From Antedon mediterranea (lineage: Eukaryota > Animalia > Echinodermata), in assembly GCF_964355755.1 (NCBI RefSeq), contig NC_092671.1:34296304-34360303 (forward strand): DNA of 64,000 nt. The letters are read 5' to 3'. Positions within the stretch are counted from its first letter, which is position 1. The number at the start of each line of letters is the position of its first letter. A program made the translations under genes and the position numbers. The notes under the pieces are model-generated. The model was not told the origin of the DNA and did not search any database. It worked only from the letters and a program-made list of their open reading frames with translations. Shown here in pieces: positions 40,280-50,440 of this stretch.

Positions 40280-41391
40280 GTAATATTTATTTCAAAGCAA
40301 TTAAAAGTACGAGTACGGTAGTATAATGAAATATAAATTCATGAATAGACTTATATATTATTATTGTCAAGACAAAGCAAATCCAAATAAAAATTGCATT
40401 TAGATACTGTCCTACACCTCAAGAATATTTGAATTGAAATTCATTAATAATTCAAATCTATCAAATAATTATGATAATTTATTACATTCATAGATCCTTA
40501 TTATTTAAACAAAAAATATTTACAAAAGAAATTATTGTACAGCATTTTACTGTGTTACGATATTTTAAACAATGGTTTAAATTACAAAAAAAGTTAATAT
40601 ATCATGTCCATAAGGAATTACGAATTTGTAAGTTACATCCTCCGAAAATTAAATATGCTCGCCGCGCCATGTTATGTATGTTGGTTACACTTCAATGCAC
40701 ATCATTGTTTGTCATCGATCGATGAATGTATTCCCCGCCATATCGTTAAGAAGAACTAATAAATAAAAACTGCGTGAAATTTATGTACTGTATTAATTTG
40801 AATCATTGTATTAATATTAATAATAAATACATAAATTATTATTTATACAAAAAATATTTTCCAAAAAAATTATACTACAACTGTGTTAATTTGGTTAAAA
40901 TTTTAGGCCTATAAATTAAAATAATAAGTTAATATAATAGATTTTTGTCCAAACACATTTTTTTTAAAGATTGATACTATAAGTTTTTAAATCATAATAA
41001 AATCAAGAGCGTTCAGCATTAATAACTCACTATTGCCAACATAACAAGAAAAAAGATTAAACGTTAATAATATAATAATGTTTCCTTTAGACACTTTCTA
41101 CATCTGTGAATTTTATTACAACAAACTATTATAATGAAATATATATTGAATGGACTTGCATATTATAATCAACACAAAGCATAACAGAATCAAAATTGCA
41201 TTTCGTACTCCTCAGGAATTATGTACTGAATTTCATGGACTGTAATAGTTTGAATCTTTCAAATACTTATGAAATATATTATTTAAATTTAGTTATTATT
41301 TAAGCAAAAATATTTATTTACCCCAAAAAATGATAACATTTTAAATTACAAAATAGAGTTAATATAATAGATCTTTTTTTCACATATTTTG

Positions 41392-42308
41392 TTTTATATA
41401 ACACCTAAATAAATTCCTGTCATTTGATTGGACGATTGTGGGACACATGGCGTGCAATAGTACGCACTATTAAACGATCGTTTAATAGTACTTTTTGAAA
41501 CATTTTTGTGTACGAAAAAAAAAAACGTCTCGCGGATGAAAAAAAATCTAGTACACAAATTATCCTATGATATGGCTATGTACTGTGAAATACAACAGCG
41601 CCACCTGTCGTCTGGTCTCAGTTTCATTTGTAAACACCACCGTGAGATATGCAACAGCAGCAGATATTTGTGTACGATTTGGACATTATGTACTAATTTC
41701 ATTCAAAAAGGCATTTAAATTAGCTTTAGATCGTTTTTAGGATTTTGATTAATTAATGGGGACATCCCTACAAGACGTGGAATTGTTGGAAAAACCATAA
41801 TTAGCTTAGATAAGTTCCAATTGTCTGTCGAAGTTTTGCCTTTCAGCCAAGCTAGTACTAGGCTACTAGGTCTAGCCTAGGCCATGCTAGTATTAGGCTA
41901 GGCCTAGCCTAGGCGTTTTAGCCTTGCTAGGCCTAGGATTGTTTGGTCGTTTGTTGACATAATTAACACAAAAGTAGGTGTGTTTACGAAATCCATATAA
42001 ATATAACATTTAATATAACATTATTAAAAACCAAATGTTACTGTTTTTAATCAAATGTGTGTGAATGAAATGTAGTAAGCTTTGGCTAGGGCTACCTTTT
42101 ATTTGATTCAAATAACTAGAATTTATTTAGATGTTATATAAAACAAATAATGAATGTTTTGTATTCGTGTAATGGTACAAATAATGGCACTTGGTGAATG
42201 ATGAAAGGTTATATCAACTCGGCTTTGCCTCGTTGATATAACCTTTCATCATTCACCTCGTGCCATTATTTGTACCATTACACTCATAAACATTCATTAT
42301 TTGTATAA
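41392..42308. mobile_element. Non-autonomous element with long terminal hairpin (Crypton-like)
   Basis: ~70-bp-arm inverted repeat 42145-42302 around loop tcggctttgcctc. No TSD or TIR found; family assignment tentative. Confidence 0.5.
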
Positions 42309-43296
42309 TAGTTATTACTATAACTGTTTAAATCAAGAGATTTTAGCCTGAATGACTCACTATTACAAAAATATTAACAAAATAAAAGCTTAAACTTACT
42401 ATAATGTGAGTGAAAAAAGTAACAATAAATAACATTCTGGTCGTCAATAAATAGAGAAGATAAGTTTAACATTGGAGAACTATTCATACATCATTTATGT
42501 AAATATACTATTGTTAGGAGATACATTTATACTATTATATTATTATCACTTTACCATAGTATTGTACTGTATATATTATATTGGTTGTAGACTAGACCAA
42601 AGTTCAGTAACCAGGTTGTTAGTAATTGTACCTAGGAGACTGCTCATAACTCAAGTTGTCAGAGACACTTGTTTGATATTCCATATAAGGAAATCGTTAC
42701 AACAACTTCATACTAAAGATGATGATGTCATTTGAATTTCATCTTAAAACCAATTTCATCATCTTTAAGTTATTTGATGAGATCATAATGATCACCCCAC
42801 ATATCCTGCATAAGAATATAAATAGTAGTACATTAACCATATTTAATCAGTCCTAATACGAATACTGACATAGCTAAATTAAATGCTGTTAAGTCTATTG
42901 AAGTATCTAGAAGTCTGTTTGACTGTTTTGAACAACTGAAGTAAAGCTTTATATTAGCCTTGGGCTCAGCTATATTTGTCTTGAATCTTGAATTTCTTTA
43001 TGTATTTTGATTGTGTGTTACCACCATCTTATACTTTGATAATTATTCCATATTGTTAATTAATCTTTATCTTTATAACCATTTTAATTGATTTTGTTAT
43101 CTTTTGCTTTTCTGTTTGAAGAATAAAACGTAGATTAGATTATATAACTTATCTTTTGTATTGCCTATCTTCTGTTTGTGCCTAGCATGTAACAGAAAGT
43201 GGGGGGTCATCCGGGAATCGATAGGTTTATAGTTTTATACCTAGTTAAATTTGTTTTATTTTCAAACATTTGTTTGTGAAATTAGTAACTGTTACA

Positions 43297-44821
43297 ATGG
43301 TCTTTGAACCAGAAACATTTTTTGCCGACCCTACCCAAGAGGTATTTAATAGTTTGAAAAAAGATGATTAGCTTAAACTAGCTACGCACCTAGGTCTAAA
43401 GGACGTTGAATCCTCTATGCGAAAGAATGATATTAAGAGTCGTTTATTAACTTATTTGGTTGAGGAAGACATTTTTGATAGTAGTGTTATGTCTTCCCAA
43501 GTTGATTCAAGCATTGATGCTAAATTAAGAGAAATTGAATTACAAAATATGAAAGAAATTGAAATTCGAAGAATGGAATTGGAATTCAAAAGAGAGGAAA
43601 GAGATTTTAAATTAAAATTACGCGAATTAGAGCTAGCTAGTGGGATTAGTCAATCTATTTCCAATCCAAAATTTGATGTAACTAAACATATTAGACTAGT
43701 GCCACCTTTTCAGGAGAAGGAAGTAGATATTCTTTTTACATTTCGAGAAAATTGCCGAAAATCTTAAATGGCCTAAACAACACTGGACCTTGCTTTTACA
43801 AAGTGTACTAACTGGTAAAGCTAGAGAAATTGATACTGATTTATCAATTGAGCAAAGTTCATCATATGATGTAGTTAAAGAACTCATCGTAAAGGGGTAT
43901 GAATTAGTCCCAGAGGCCTATAGGCAACAATTCCGAAATAAACAACGGCAAACTAACCAAACACACCTTGAATTCGCACAAACCAAAGAACGTTTCTTTG
44001 ATCGTTGGTGTGCATCTAAACAAACAAATAAAGATTATGATAGGCTTAGACAACTAATTTTGATAGAAGAGTTTAAATCATGTATTACTCCTGATGTGAG
44101 GACTTATCTAGATGAGCAAAAAGCTGAGACCTTAAGTCAAGCTGCTCGACTGGCTGATGACTATGCCTTAACGCATAAACAAGCATTTACTCAAAAACCT
44201 CAGGCACAGTCAGCCACATCTTCTGGAAAGAAATTCCAAACAAATGATAGTTCCAAAAGTGAAGCGACTTTTACCTCGCCTAAACCAACCCACACTTCTA
44301 ACAAATCAAATCAAAACTCTCCTACTATTACTTGCAATTATTGTAAAAAACCAGGACATCTTATGTCCAATTGTTTTGCCTTGAAACGAAAAGAAGCAAA
44401 CAGTAAGAAACCATCTGGGTTGCTCTCTGCTAAAAATCCGAAAAAAGATTTTTTGGCAACTAAGATAACAAAAGTAGAACCAGAACTTCAAAATTTGGTA
44501 TCGGACTCTGTTCTTGATGGGTATTCTCCCTTCATGTCCGATGGTTTTGTGTCTCTAATTGGAGATAATATAAACTCTAAGCCTGTTAAAATCCTTAGGG
44601 ATACAGGTGCTTCTCAATCCTTGCTTTTGGAGGGTGTTTTACCCCTATCTGATAGGTCATCCACCGGGGATCATGTCTTGTTGCAAGGAGTCGAATTGGG
44701 ATACCTTAATGTGCCCCTACATAAAATTCGTATTAAGTTCAATTTTATAAACGGACCTGTAATAGTTGGGGTTCGACATGAACTTCCATTTGAGGGCGTC
44801 ACCTTTTTGTTAGGAAACTAA
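43297..44821 (+). pseudogene. Gypsy gag (SCAN-like capsid, CCHC knuckle) + protease
   Basis: PEAYRQQFR...LILIEEF, CNYCKKPGHLMSNC, LRDTGA; stop and frameshift present. Confidence 0.85.
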
Positions 44822-45273
44822 GGTGAAAGCAGACCCAATTGTCTGTGAGATTCCTTCCGAGGAAGACACCACCCCTGAGCATATGTTCCCTGTGTGCGCT
44901 GTTACGCGTTCTATGAGCAAGCAATATGATGAGGTTATTTTAGGGGATACATTCCTTGCCTCTGAGTTTGATTCTCCCACTGTTGATACTTTGGTTACTG
45001 GCGCTAAGCCTCGTGTATCACTCTTGACTAGGGAGCAATTAATTGCTGAGCAGGCTGACGACCCTGAACTTGTTGAATTTTTTAAGAATGTAATATCAGA
45101 AGATAATTTGACTTCTGTAATGGTTGGCTTTTTAAAAAAACAAGGGGTGTTGATGAGAAAATGGCAGCCTTTAGATACCTCTTCCAACGAAGAGTGGAGG
45201 ATAGTGTCCCAAATTGTGGTTCCAAAACCATATCGTCCGAAAATTTTAAGTCTTGCCCATGATGGTTCATTAG

Positions 45274-46095
45274 GTGGACACAATAGGGATAAATAAAACG
45301 TACCAAAAGGTACTCGATCATTTTTATTGGCCAAAGCTAAAACAGGATGTAATAAAATATTGTCAAACCTGCCATTCCTGCCAGTTAGTTGGTAAACCAA
45401 ACCAACAGATTCCACCTGCACCATTAAAACCTATCCCAGCCTTTGAAGAACCATTTAGTAGAATACTTATTGATTGTATTGGGCCCCTTCCCAAAACTAA
45501 ATCTGGGAATCAGTATCTATTAACAATTGTGTGCACCTCTACCAGATTTCCGGAGGCAATACCTCTCAGAAACCAAAAGGCTAAAACCATAATTAAGGCT
45601 TTAGTTAAATTTTTTACTTGGGTTGGTCTACCTACCACAATTCAATCTGATCAAGGGTCAAACTTTATGTCAGGAGTATTTCAACAGGTAATGCATGAAC
45701 TAAAGATAACCCAGTTAAAATCCAGTGCGTATCACCCCCAATCCCAAGGCGCCATTGAGCGTTTCCACCAATCTTTAAAAAATATGATGCGAATTTACTG
45801 TACTGAGAATGGGAAAGATTGGGATGAAGGAGTGCCTTTACTCTTATTTGCTATTCGAGAGTCGGTACAAGATTCTCTGGGTTTTAGCCCATTTGACCTT
45901 GTTTTTGGACACTCTGTACGAGGCCCACTCCGAGCTCTTAAAGAGTCCTTAATTGACGGTCCATCTGTAGTGAATCTACTTGATTATGTTACTAGTTTTA
46001 GAACGAGGCTTAGTCAGGCATGTGAGCTTGCGCAGAAAAATTTATCTGCTGCTCAAACTAAAATGAAATCATATTTCGATACTAAATCATACTGA
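45274..46095 (+). CDS. Gypsy integrase (RT/RNase H deleted downstream)
   Basis: HHCC remnants, SDQGSNF, YHPQSQGAIERFH. Confidence 0.9.
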   Translation: MDTIGINKTYQKVLDHFYWPKLKQDVIKYCQTCHSCQLVGKPNQQIPPAPLKPIPAFEEPFSRILIDCIGPLPKTKSGNQYLLTIVCTSTRFPEAIPLRNQKAKTIIKALVKFFTWVGLPTTIQSDQGSNFMSGVFQQVMHELKITQLKSSAYHPQSQGAIERFHQSLKNMMRIYCTENGKDWDEGVPLLLFAIRESVQDSLGFSPFDLVFGHSVRGPLRALKESLIDGPSVVNLLDYVTSFRTRLSQACELAQKNLSAAQTKMKSYFDTKSY

Positions 46096-46755
46096 CATAG
46101 CTAAAGTATCTAGAAGTCTGTTTGACTGTTTTGAACAACTGAAGTAAAGCTTTATATTAGCCTTGAGCTCAGCTATATTTGTGAGTCTTGAATTTCTTTA
46201 TGTATTTTGATTGTGTGTTACCACCATCTTATACTTTGATAATTATTCCATATTGTTAATTAATCTTTATCTTTATAACCATTTTAATTGATTTTGTTAT
46301 CTTTTGCTTTTCTGTTTGAAGAATAAAATGTAGATTAGATTATATAACTTATCCTTTGTATTGCATATCTTCTGTTTGTGCCTAGCATGTAACACTATTT
46401 TAACAAACAATATTTGAAAAATGATACTATACTACTGTGTGGTGATTTGGTTATTTGAAATAATTGTATAAATTTCTAAAATATAATAGATTATTGTCCA
46501 AACACATTTGTTTTAGATTGTTACTAAAGTGCTTAAATCATATCATATAATGTAATGTGCATAATGAATGTGCAAATTAATACATTTAAGACCAAACCAT
46601 AACATAAAGTAAACAATTTTGTTAAAAATACGCATTAAGAACAATATTTATATTTTAAATATATGAAATAATTTAAAACAGAAAGCAAAAGTATTTTTAA
46701 TATTGTTTTTAGTTGAAAATAAAATTGAATATTTACACATTACCTTATCTCTTTT

Positions 46756-47287
46756 ATGAGCAGGGCTGGGTTTTCCCAATTGATAGATGAACTTTCAAGT
46801 AGAATTGAAGTGAATGATGTACAGATGCTGAAGGTCGCCCTCTATGACATAATCCACGATAAACAGGCATTAGAAGCAGCATCAGCTAATAGTTTGTTTA
46901 GACTATTATATTCAGAAGGTCACATTAAAATTGATGGGTTTTTTCTTGATTGTGATCTGTTATTTGAAGTATTTGAGTTAACAGGACTTCAAAGACTATC
47001 TCAAATATTATCCAAGAAATATCGTAGACCGAGGAATCAACGAAAAAACATCACAGGTTACAGACGAATGCTAGTTAAACTTGGCAAATCATTAAATACT
47101 CAACAAGTTGAAATACTTGCGAAGCTCTACAATATTGAAAAGAGTGATTCTGAAAATGTGTGGAATTTTATTAGCAGATTGAATCAAGGCAAAATTGAAG
47201 ACACTATAGAATCTTTGACGGAATTTGAAGCGCTTCTAAAGGACCAACAAGATTTGAATCATGTACTTACTATTGTAAGATCATTTG
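46756..47287 (+). CDS. Exon encoding tandem death-effector-domain-like (death-fold) helices of a Roco-family protein
   Basis: ORF MSRAGFSQLIDELSSRI...MLKVAL...LFRLL...DLLFEVFELTG and YRRMLVKLGKSL...WNFISRL shows two DED-like motifs. It ends at phase-1 donor G|gtaagt (47288). The start is either ATG 46756 or acceptor CAG ending 46763. Confidence 0.75.
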
Positions 47288-47545
47288 GTAAGTACCGGTG
47301 TCATTTGTAGCATCATTATAATTTAGCCAGAAATAAGTCTTATTTTGTTACCGGTTTCAGTCACAATATTCTTTTTATTTTGTTTATCGAATATTTAAAA
47401 AATATAAAGTAATTACCATGAACCATGAGAGTATACAATGTACACAATTGCATGTAGCTAATTGGCTCTACACTAAAATGTCAATGGTGGTGATATTTAA
47501 TTGTTATATACACCATCAATTATAATATTTATTTTTATTTTCCAG

Positions 47546-47569
47546 TGCAGCAGAAGAAACTGAATGATG
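47546..47569 (+). CDS. 24-nt linker exon of DED-Roco gene (VQQKKLND)
   Basis: tttttattttccag acceptor, gtgagt donor; phase 1-1 and open in frame with neighbouring exons. Confidence 0.7.
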
Positions 47570-47737
47570 GTGAGTGAACAATTGGTTATGAAATAGTAGT
47601 AAATGTTTATATTGATAAAGAAATAGAAAGAAATAGGTCCTAATTTGGGTTTAATATGTATAATTGTTTTAAAAATTATATGGTGATCGATTTTATTGCT
47701 ATAATAGTTTTTTTGTTTGGGCATTAATATTACAAAG

Positions 47738-47770
47738 CGAAACATGTTCTCTTTCTCTCAAAATCGCCAG
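47738..47770 (+). CDS. 33-nt linker exon of DED-Roco gene (AKHVLFLSKSP)
   Basis: ttacaaag acceptor (weak tract), cag|gtaaga donor; phase 1-1 and open in frame. Confidence 0.5.
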
Positions 47771-47990
47771 GTAAGACATCTAAGTAATTTATCATCACGG
47801 ACAGATAATACAATTTAAATAAACTATATTTGTGTATTGGCTGACTGTATTTTATATTCTGCTTTACTAACAGTATCGCTTTACAGCAAAATATCTGCCT
47901 TAGACTTTTATCTCTCAAAATTCAAAACCAAAAATATCATACCTATAATCCAGTACTAAATGTGTGTTTTCATTATTTGTGTCTTTAAAG

Positions 47991-48147
47991 TTCCTCTTGA
48001 GGTGTTGGCAAGAGGTCAGGAGGCTAATGATGCATTTCTTGATGCCATACAAGAAGGCAGCAAACCTATATACCAAACACGTCTGATGCTTGTAGGACAA
48101 GAACGTGTTGGGAAAACGAGTCTAACCAAAGCACTCACTGGTCAACC
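47991..48147 (+). CDS. Roc GTPase exon with P-loop (VPLEVLARG...RLMLVGQERVGKTSLTKALTGQP)
   Basis: GxxxxGKT P-loop in the typical Roc context; tttaaag acceptor and gtaatt donor (phase 2). Confidence 0.9.
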
Positions 48148-48313
48148 GTAATTAGGCTAATCATTCTGTGCTTTTATGAGTTCGAGGCAATCAAAACGTC
48201 AATTTTATTAAATCAAATACAAATACAGCTGGTACATTATTGCGCAGTACAATTTAAAATAACACTGTATACTTAATATTTGTGTACAGTCAGAATATTA
48301 TAAATGTATGTAA

Positions 48314-48695
48314 TCTATATATACATTTACGTAAGGGCAGAAGTTGGTAAATCGTAAATAAATTTTGGTTACTTCTAGAATGTTTGCTCGATGGTACTGT
48401 AAAGTTGGTTCGTACTTTCGGTACTGATTTTAACCACCTGATGTAACCCTGTTTCCTAATTAAATTGAGTTAGATAATTAGTTATTGACAATTAAAACGA
48501 GTTTAGGTTCAACGATTTGCCACAAATAGAAGTGTTTTCAGATCGTGGACATACACTGTCTAATGGAGTTCCATCTTGAAAAATACCTGCACACAATAAT
48601 ACTGTACGAGGATGCTTCGAATTTCCTCAATAATTGTTTTGAAAACCGGTTGAACAGCTTGAGTACAGCATCTTAATGTTGAAGACGGGCCCATT
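48314..48695 (+). mobile_element. 5' fragment of Helitron family A in a Roco intron
   Basis: Aligns with 28503-28885. Confidence 0.75.
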
Positions 48696-49017
48696 TCCAG
48701 TTACTTAAACTTAAAAGGCAGTTTCCTCAAAACACTGATTGTAACAGCCAAAATTTTAGACTTAGATATATCTGGAAGTAGTCATGGTATCAATATAATT
48801 TTTCAGCATTTTAAATCTTGGATTATGTAGTTGTAGTTTTTGTGAAAATCTCAATTTTAAAAATTCCGACTTATGTCCCTTGCATGTACCACATTTACTA
48901 AAACCTATATACTATAAAATATTATTCTTTGAGTGATTTTACTAATCATTGTTACAGCTTGTTGTATAACATTTGTTTAAGGTGTGATAACATACAATAC
49001 TTCCAACATTTATTTAG

Positions 49018-49118
49018 ATTCAATGTTACTGAGGAAGTGACTGATGGAATTGAAGCATCACTGTCATGTACAATTAGTGTTAAGCATACTACTAACTGGA
49101 AACCAAATCAAAATAAAG
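49018..49118 (+). CDS. Roc GTPase exon with switch I (FNVTEEVTDGIE...)
   Basis: In phase with the previous exon (CC|A); TDGI switch-I motif typical of Roc; tttag acceptor, gtatgt donor. Later exons were not seen in this window. Confidence 0.85.
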
Positions 49119-50440
49119 GTATGTTATGCTGTACTTTTATATTTTTCATAAACATTAAATTTCAAATACAATTTGAAGATCCAGATAAGGCTTTAAAATG
49201 TACCAGTAATAATTAATAAGTAAAACAATTTTTTATTTTTTAATTGTTTATTTTTAAACATTATCAATTCAATTCAATTCAACTTTATTTCAGACAAACT
49301 GTCCATATGAAACACATAAAGTTTACAAAAACAACACATTATTATGGCTATACTGATACTAGTTAACACACGTAAAAGTATACATGAGATTAAATATCTA
49401 CAAGATAATAATTAAGGTGCAATACTTGGCCTCTTGTTATAATATAAAATAATTAATCTTAAAGAAAAATCAAAGAGAGAGACTGAACTACAGAAAAATA
49501 AATTTAAATATAAAAATTGCAAGAAAAAAAAGAAAACGCTTCTTTTATAATATATAAAGTTGTTGTTAAATTTGTATAGCCATTGTATTTCTGAAGTCTA
49601 TATATGGAAGAACTAGAATAAATTCAAAATTGTTAATTAAAGATCACATGACACTGAAATCACATATTGTAGATTTTTGTACTTATATGCTAGATAATAA
49701 TTACTAGAATAAGAATAAAGTGTTTGTAATTAGTAATTCGGTCGAATTCATATTTTAAAAATATTTTGTAATTACGTTGTTCAAAATTGGGACAAATTGT
49801 CATAAAAAAGCGGCAACCCTATAGGTCATCACTGCTACGTCACAAGTTGGAGTCAAAAGGCCGGAAAGGTTACACGCTGGGCCGGCGGCGATTTTTTTTT
49901 TCGTACATAAGTTGGGGACACCTCATGAAACGTCACAAAATAAACATGAATAATTCATCAGTTAAATTTGTTGTTCCGTGTGCACCTAAGCGTATAGCAA
50001 CACGAAGTGATTACACAACTGCGATACTATTCTTTCTACAATAATATGCCTAGGATTCTAGGTCAATTCACGTGATTGCCTTCGCGCACTCTTCTTCACA
50101 CACACGTCCACTATGCAAAATGTGTCGAGGCTAATCGACAGCTAGGCAAGGGGTGTCACGAAACCTAAGACCATGAAAGCTAAGACCCCCTAAGACCTAA
50201 GATCACGAAAGCTAAGACCCAAGACCTAAGATTACAAATTCTAAGATATACTACAGCTTAAAAACAATACTTGTTTATCCATACATAATTTTAAACACAG
50301 TAGGTTTCATTTATTACCATAAATATAATTTAATACCACCGCAAAACATAGAGAAACTCACATTATTTTCGCCCGTTGAGTAAATGTATATTTTTTCTTT
50401 ACAACAAACAAACTTGACGGGGTGTTTGTTTGTATATTTA

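Larger units (their letters stand above)
983..42511 (+). repeat. Degenerate intron-microexon-intron repeat array (~16 units), interrupted by many TEs
   Basis: Recurring unit ...gtcaataaataacagagcaggtaatttaaacaatgc...cattatttatgtaaacatactaatgaatcttaatac(t)n-acag [variable] gtaagtataaactt...agtagtataatgaaat...acacttcctacacctcaagaattgtgtattgaa. Seen near 1720, 2297, 8648, 10157, 10843, 11568, 12059, 13437, 30442, 30782, 31923, 32455, 36633, 39783, 40231 and 42505. Confidence 0.85.
42512..46394 (+). mobile_element. Gmr1-type Ty3/Gypsy LTR retrotransposon, internally deleted
   Basis: 5' LTR 42512-43194 (TGT...ACA), partial 3' LTR 46089-46394, 4-bp TSD ctat, tRNA-Pro-like PBS tggggggtcatccggga; order gag-zinc knuckle-protease-integrase. 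Confidence 0.92.
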
